A stretch of DNA of 32,000 nt, from positions 1-32,000 of the forward strand of contig NJBF01000017.1 of assembly GCA_003144275.1 (NCBI GenBank), written 5' to 3'. The notes under the pieces are model-generated. The model was not told the DNA's origin and ran no database searches. It was given only the letters and a program-made list of their open reading frames with translations. The stretch comes from Candidatus Heimdallarchaeota archaeon B3_Heim. GTDB lineage: Archaea > Asgardarchaeota > Heimdallarchaeia > Hodarchaeales > Hodarchaeaceae. Positions 26,987 to 32,000 of this stretch are shown here, one piece after another. Position numbers and translations under genes: made by a program. The stretch's first letter is position 1; each line of letters begins with the position of its first letter.

Positions 26987-27745
26987 ATGATAATCCTAAT
27001 GAGTGTCGATTATTCAGACTTAAATAACAATAGATTAGTAGTATCTGCTGATAATGAAACAATTACTTATACTCGAAAAGGCTTACCACCATCTATTTTT
27101 GATTTCTTGATAGATTACAGACTAAGGGCAATTAAAGTAATGGTAGGAGAACAAGAAGATAAAGATAATGTTTCAGTTACTGCATCAATGTTACATTCTC
27201 CTCCCATGGCAACAAGAGGATCTCCTGGTTTTTTTCCTGTAAATAGCGCCGCTAAGGGTATTGGGTTTGTACCAAAACAAAAATACTTGAAAAAATGGGT
27301 TGAGACTTATGAATCCTTAATCAATGAAGCAATAGAAAAAGGTGAAGACACGAATAGAGAAGCGCGTTTAGCTGCCCTTTTAAGTTTTTATGCCTCAAAT
27401 GAAGAAATTGATCCGAGAGTTTTAGGAACGATCGAGCTATTCGGATTAAGATCTTGGCGAAACATGCAACTTGAACCTAGAGTGTCGATTTTGTACAATG
27501 CTAATTATAGAGCTAGTTCTGGTCGCCCAAGATATATTTCCTTTGAAGTACGAGGGATTATCGAAATTATTCCAAAGAACAGTCTTCGTTGGAGATGGCA
27601 ACGGAATATCCATGATATATTTCACGTTCGAGATACACAAGAACGACGATCTGGTGATTGGCCAGTAGCAGTATTGAATATTCATGTAACAGAAGTTATT
27701 GATAAGAGACCTTTTGCTACAGCTAGTCAGGAGATTATCGAATAA
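26987..27745 (+). CDS. PNPOx-like FMN-binding split-barrel protein
   Basis: LGTIELFGLRSWRNMQLEPRVSILY...ISFEVRGIIEI. Confidence 0.7.
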   Translation: MIILMSVDYSDLNNNRLVVSADNETITYTRKGLPPSIFDFLIDYRLRAIKVMVGEQEDKDNVSVTASMLHSPPMATRGSPGFFPVNSAAKGIGFVPKQKYLKKWVETYESLINEAIEKGEDTNREARLAALLSFYASNEEIDPRVLGTIELFGLRSWRNMQLEPRVSILYNANYRASSGRPRYISFEVRGIIEIIPKNSLRWRWQRNIHDIFHVRDTQERRSGDWPVAVLNIHVTEVIDKRPFATASQEIIE

Positions 27746-27785
27746 ATTTCATTCTTTATATTCTAGGAGTTTAGATGAATCAATT

Positions 27786-29228
27786 ATGGAAAATCTTCTT
27801 TCCAATATAGTGGACTTTGCACTTCAACATAATAGTACATATGCAGATTGTCGTTATGTAAAGGATAATTATGAACTCCTTGAGGCAAAAAACGGATCTC
27901 CCTCTAGACTATCTGATTCATGCCGGTCTGGTATTGGTATTCGAGTATTACTTGATGGTGCTTGGGGGTTTGCTTCAACAAATGATCTTAAAAGATCAGC
28001 ATTAGAAAAAAGTCTTAAAATTGCCATTAAAATTGCCAAAGTAACTGCGGAAAATACCAAAACTAAGAAGGAGCTGTGTTCAGAGAAAATCTACCAGGAT
28101 ACTTATCATACACCTCATAAAATTGATCCTTTTTCTATTAACACTGATGAAAAGATAATCCCTTTAGTTGAGGGAACGAAACTTTTAATTGAACAGGATT
28201 CCCGTATAAGGAACGCCTCTGCGTCATTATTGAGTAGAAAGTATTTTACTGAGTTAGTTACCTCTGAAGGGACCCACATTTCACAAACTTTAATTCAATG
28301 TGGTGCTTCACTTACTGGAATGCTTATGGCTGGCCCTGGAGGAATGGTCGTACGAACTAACGAAAATTATCAAGCCAAGGGATTTGAGTTTCTGGATGAA
28401 TTTGATCTTTACAGTCAGGCCGTTACCACAGGATCTGATTTGAAAATATTAGCTGATAAAGCAGTCAATGCTCCATCTGGCAAATTCAATCTCGTTCTTG
28501 AGCCATCACATTTAGGATTAGCCATTCATGAAAGCGTTGGCCATCCAACTGAACTTGATCGGGTACTGGGTAGGGAAACAGATTTTGCAGGGACTTCTTT
28601 TATTCAACCCTCATTCCTAGATGAGAATTTTCAATACGGATCTGAAATTGTAAATATTGTTCATGATCCTACCTTGACTCCAGCTTTAGGAGCGTATGCT
28701 TATGATGATGGGGGTACGAAAGCTCATAGACTCTCTGTAGTAGAAAATGGTCGATTTAGTGCATTTCAAAGCGACCGGTCTACAGCTCGGGAAATTGGGC
28801 TTACTAGTGCTAGTGGAAATAGTCGAGCTCATGGTCATGATCGCTTACCTATTGATAGAATGGCTAATCTCTATTTTGAACCAAATATCAAATACGCTCT
28901 CTCCTCCTTGGATGAACTCATAGAAGAAGCTAAATCAGGAATTTATGCCCTATATTCTAGAACGCATTCTATTTCACCAAACCGTTCTAACTTTCAATTT
29001 ACCACACAGATGGGTTATTTGATTGAGAAAGGGGAACTCAGTAAACCCTTAAAAAACGTTGTTTATGGTAGTCGCACCTTAGATTTCTGGAAGAAATGTT
29101 TAGCTACAACTAAAACTGTTGAAATCTTTGGAACTCCTAAATGTGGTAAAGGTAATCCTGGTCAAACTATTTGGACGTCCCATGGGGGCAGTCATACTTT
29201 ATTTGAAGATATACGAATCGGTGCGTGA
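27786..29228 (+). CDS. tldD: TldD metalloprotease subunit (start re-called to ATG 27786)
   Basis: GIGIRVLLDGAWGFAS, IHESVGHPTELDR (HExxGH), RMANLYF, C-terminal CGKG. Confidence 0.93.
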   Translation: MENLLSNIVDFALQHNSTYADCRYVKDNYELLEAKNGSPSRLSDSCRSGIGIRVLLDGAWGFASTNDLKRSALEKSLKIAIKIAKVTAENTKTKKELCSEKIYQDTYHTPHKIDPFSINTDEKIIPLVEGTKLLIEQDSRIRNASASLLSRKYFTELVTSEGTHISQTLIQCGASLTGMLMAGPGGMVVRTNENYQAKGFEFLDEFDLYSQAVTTGSDLKILADKAVNAPSGKFNLVLEPSHLGLAIHESVGHPTELDRVLGRETDFAGTSFIQPSFLDENFQYGSEIVNIVHDPTLTPALGAYAYDDGGTKAHRLSVVENGRFSAFQSDRSTAREIGLTSASGNSRAHGHDRLPIDRMANLYFEPNIKYALSSLDELIEEAKSGIYALYSRTHSISPNRSNFQFTTQMGYLIEKGELSKPLKNVVYGSRTLDFWKKCLATTKTVEIFGTPKCGKGNPGQTIWTSHGGSHTLFEDIRIGA

Positions 29229-29233
29229 GTTAA

Positions 29234-30625
29234 ATGGCAAATAAACTGATAACTAAAGAAGCTAGTGAACTTGCAAGAGAAATCGTTACTATAGGATTAG
29301 CAGAAGGCGCTTCTGAGTTTCAAGTTAAGATTCGAGATACTCATGCAAATTATATTCGTTTTGCTAACTCGGAGATTCATCAATTCTCACAAGATAATAT
29401 CCGAGAACTAAAGCTTGTAGCATTAATCAACAAGAGGAAAGGGCTATCCCTTGTAGTACCCACAACAGATGGAGGTCTCAAGAAGTCAATTAGGAATCTG
29501 GTTTCTGCAACCAAAGTAAATTCTGACGATCCTGATCAACTGTCTTTTTATCCAACAGGAAAGGCATACAGAGAGTTAGAATTGGTAGATGAATCTTTCA
29601 AATCTTGGGATCAGGAATTTATGGCTGAAACGGTTAAAAAAGTTATTCATTCAGCTCATGAAGTCGATAGCAGTGTCAAAAATGTGAGTGGTATGCTCCA
29701 AACGATGAATCATAAATTTGTACTAATGAACAGTCAAGAATTGTTCCTTTCTACTAATCAAACAGAATTTTGGTATGGAGTTGATATCCTTGCTAAAAAG
29801 GGAAAAAACACTGGGCGAAATTCACAAGGGGAGACAAACAGGTTTGCTCACAATATTCCGTTTTTCGATCTAGCAGAAACTGCAGCAAAATTTGCTGTAC
29901 TTGGAATTAATCCCGTAAAACTTGAATCTGGAGATTACACGGCTATTTTAGACTACTATGCTGTACTTGAACCATTAGTATTCATTAATCTGGGTCTTAG
30001 TGGTCTGTTCGTTAAGCAGCATAGAAGCTTTCTTGCACGAAAAATCGGTCAGAAGGTATTTTCAAATAAATTCAATTTAAAACATTCTCCTTTCTTAACA
30101 CCACTAGTAACTTCGAAATCATTTGATGACGAAGGTGTTCCAACAAAAGAATTCTATTTCATTAAAGAAGGTGTTGTTGAATCGCTTGCCCATAACAGGT
30201 TGACTGCTTTTCAGATGGAAAAAGAGCCCAATGGATGTGGTTATGAATCAGAAAGAACCTCCTTTGGAATCCCAACAGCAACTCTCTTAGAACCCTCACG
30301 GGATCACACTTTTGAGGATCTTGTTCAAGAAATTGAAAATGGAATTCTAATTTCTAGACTGTATTATTCCAACTGGGCCAATCCTATGGCAGGAATATTA
30401 ACAGGAACCACAAGAAATGGTTTTTTTAAGATTGAATCCGGTGAAATCACAACAGCTCTACATCCAATGAGACACACTACCTCTATCTTTGAGATGTTTG
30501 GTGAAGGGTTAGAATTGGCCAATAAAATTCATCAACCACCAATGCAAATGATGCCAGGGGTTCAATCTATTATGGTTCCAGCTTTAAAGACTTCTAAGAT
30601 GCATATGACAACTTATGCTAATTAA
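29234..30625 (+). CDS. tldE: TldE/PmbA subunit
   Basis: YIRFANSEIHQ, SFDDEGVPT, LTGTTRNGFFKIESG; no HExxH; 5 bp downstream of tldD. Confidence 0.9.
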   Translation: MANKLITKEASELAREIVTIGLAEGASEFQVKIRDTHANYIRFANSEIHQFSQDNIRELKLVALINKRKGLSLVVPTTDGGLKKSIRNLVSATKVNSDDPDQLSFYPTGKAYRELELVDESFKSWDQEFMAETVKKVIHSAHEVDSSVKNVSGMLQTMNHKFVLMNSQELFLSTNQTEFWYGVDILAKKGKNTGRNSQGETNRFAHNIPFFDLAETAAKFAVLGINPVKLESGDYTAILDYYAVLEPLVFINLGLSGLFVKQHRSFLARKIGQKVFSNKFNLKHSPFLTPLVTSKSFDDEGVPTKEFYFIKEGVVESLAHNRLTAFQMEKEPNGCGYESERTSFGIPTATLLEPSRDHTFEDLVQEIENGILISRLYYSNWANPMAGILTGTTRNGFFKIESGEITTALHPMRHTTSIFEMFGEGLELANKIHQPPMQMMPGVQSIMVPALKTSKMHMTTYAN

Positions 30626-30649
30626 GTATAGTAGGTGGATGAAATTATT

Positions 30650-31174
30650 ATGAAAAAAATAATTATTTTAGCTATGCATGGCGCACCTCCGAATGATTTC
30701 CCATCTGAGGAGAAGAATGAATTTTTTCGCTTACATTCGAAAATCGAAGCTTCATCTCTGTCTCTTAGTAAAGAATCCTTAAATCGGTATGATTACTTAG
30801 AAGAGAAAATGAGAACATGGCCGAGAAATGAAAAAAACGATCCATACTTTTACGGTTCTTTAGATATCGCAGAACAACTTGGAATTGTAACAGAAAAACC
30901 TGTGATTGTTGGATTTAATGAATTTTGTGCACCAACCATTCTGGAAGCGATTACACAAGCTGTTCACGAAGGAGCAACTAAAATATTTGTTCTAACGACT
31001 ATGTTAACACGAGGAGGGGACCATTCTGAAAAAGATATCCCAGAAGAAGTGTCCAAAGCTAGAATGAAGTTCTCCGCTGTTTCAATAAGATTTCTTTGGC
31101 CCTATAATCCTTTGTCCATTGCTCATTTTTTATCTCAACAGATTGAAGAAATATCATCAATTGAAGAAATTTAG
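30650..31174 (+). CDS. CbiX/SirB class II chelatase-like protein (start ATG 30650; ORF track gives GTG 30635)
   Basis: ILAMHGAPP, GFNEFCAPTILEAI, GATKIFVLTTMLTRGGDHSEKDIP. Confidence 0.8.
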   Translation: MKKIIILAMHGAPPNDFPSEEKNEFFRLHSKIEASSLSLSKESLNRYDYLEEKMRTWPRNEKNDPYFYGSLDIAEQLGIVTEKPVIVGFNEFCAPTILEAITQAVHEGATKIFVLTTMLTRGGDHSEKDIPEEVSKARMKFSAVSIRFLWPYNPLSIAHFLSQQIEEISSIEEI

Positions 31175-31179
31175 ATATT

Positions 31180-31920
31180 TTAACAGATAGGGATTTGTAC
31201 ATCATCACGTGTCAGCTCTAGAATCATTCTTTTCTGATCTCTGACAATTTGACCATCACGAAGCCAGCAAATCCTATCAGCGATGTCTATTAGCTTCAAA
31301 TCATGTGTTGTGTTAATGACAGTAACTCCCGTCTCTCTGTTCAGTTTTTTTAATAATTCTACAATTTGCGTTCCCGTTTGAAGATCTAAATTTGCCGTTG
31401 GTTCGTCTGCTAGGATTAAGCTTGGTCTGTTTGCGATTGCGCGTGCAATCGCTACCCGTTGCTGTTGCCCACCACTGAGTTCACCCGGTAAATGATGCAT
31501 TCTATCTTCTAAACCAACCTGGGCTAAAGCATCTTCGGCTCGCTTATTTATTTCCTTTTTCGATTTTCCAGATAATTGTAAAGGAAAAGCTACATTATCT
31601 AAAGCCGTTAATGATTCGATCAAATTAAAAGTTTGGAAGACGAAACCAATCTTAAATACCCTGAGGGAGGATAATTCTGATTTATCCAGATCTGATAGAG
31701 CTAATCCATCGATTAAGCATTCTCCTTCATCTGGAACATCTAATGCACCTACCATATTCAGTAAGGTTGTTTTACCAGAACCTGAAGGCCCCATTATCAC
31801 AATATATTCCCCTGGTTTTACTTCTAAATTTATTCCCCGCAATGCATGTACTTTCTCATCTCCAATTTCAAAATACTTGTGTAATTCTTGGATTTGAACA
31901 GTTAATTTCACATCTGACAT
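31180..31920 (-). CDS. ABC transporter ATP-binding protein (LolD/MacB-like)
   Basis: [39 protein letters not shown]. Confidence 0.95.
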   Translation of the reverse strand: MSDVKLTVQIQELHKYFEIGDEKVHALRGINLEVKPGEYIVIMGPSGSGKTTLLNMVGALDVPDEGECLIDGLALSDLDKSELSSLRVFKIGFVFQTFNLIESLTALDNVAFPLQLSGKSKKEINKRAEDALAQVGLEDRMHHLPGELSGGQQQRVAIARAIANRPSLILADEPTANLDLQTGTQIVELLKKLNRETGVTVINTTHDLKLIDIADRICWLRDGQIVRDQKRMILELTRDDVQIPIC

Positions 31921-32000
31921 TCATTGATCTCCTCCAATTTTGGGGTCTTCACAAGCCCCGTCATCTACTGCAAGGGTAACTTTGATATTATGAATGGTCT
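31921..32000 (-). CDS. C-terminal end of an upstream gene (partial)
   Basis: Open frame ...TIHNIKVTLAVDDGACEDPKIGGDQ* whose TGA (31921-31923) directly abuts the ABC ATPase ATG. Confidence 0.55.
   Translation of the reverse strand, partial: TIHNIKVTLAVDDGACEDPKIGGDQ

Noticed and set aside
1-32000. CRISPR array, rRNA, integrase or viral genes
   Set aside because: No regularly spaced repeats or recognisable sequences of these types were seen.

Overview
AT-rich archaeal DNA, inferred from GGTGA-type RBSs, PGF-CTERM sorting signals and an archaeal-type dehydrogenase-hydratase fusion. An Asgard/Heimdallarchaeia origin is plausible but not proven from sequence alone. Bases 1-8.5 kb are an accessory region with a TrmB-HTH::Cys-rich::DeoC fusion missed by the ORF track, redox/detox genes (VOC, DUF1858, FprA, MDR), an Aur1/IPC-synthase-like PAP2 protein and gene remnants. 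Bases 8.6-15.7 kb hold an apparently intact 1.6 kb DDE insertion sequence with 21-bp terminal inverted repeats, a 5.2 kb arsenic-resistance cluster (arsR, acr3, amber-interrupted arsC, two thioredoxin-fold genes, arsP, arsR), and a second, 5'-truncated IS copy in direct orientation, giving a composite-transposon-like unit. Bases 16-19.4 kb encode a beta-oxidation pair. Bases 19.7-32 kb encode a tandem split-barrel flavoprotein, an M28 peptidase homologue lacking catalytic residues, a split MFS transporter, two PGF-CTERM surface proteins flanking an orphan PqqD/RRE, a split-barrel flavoprotein-tldD-tldE-CbiX-like operon and an ABC ATPase. No rRNA, tRNA or CRISPR array was seen. All family assignments come from motif recognition by eye; no database searches were run.
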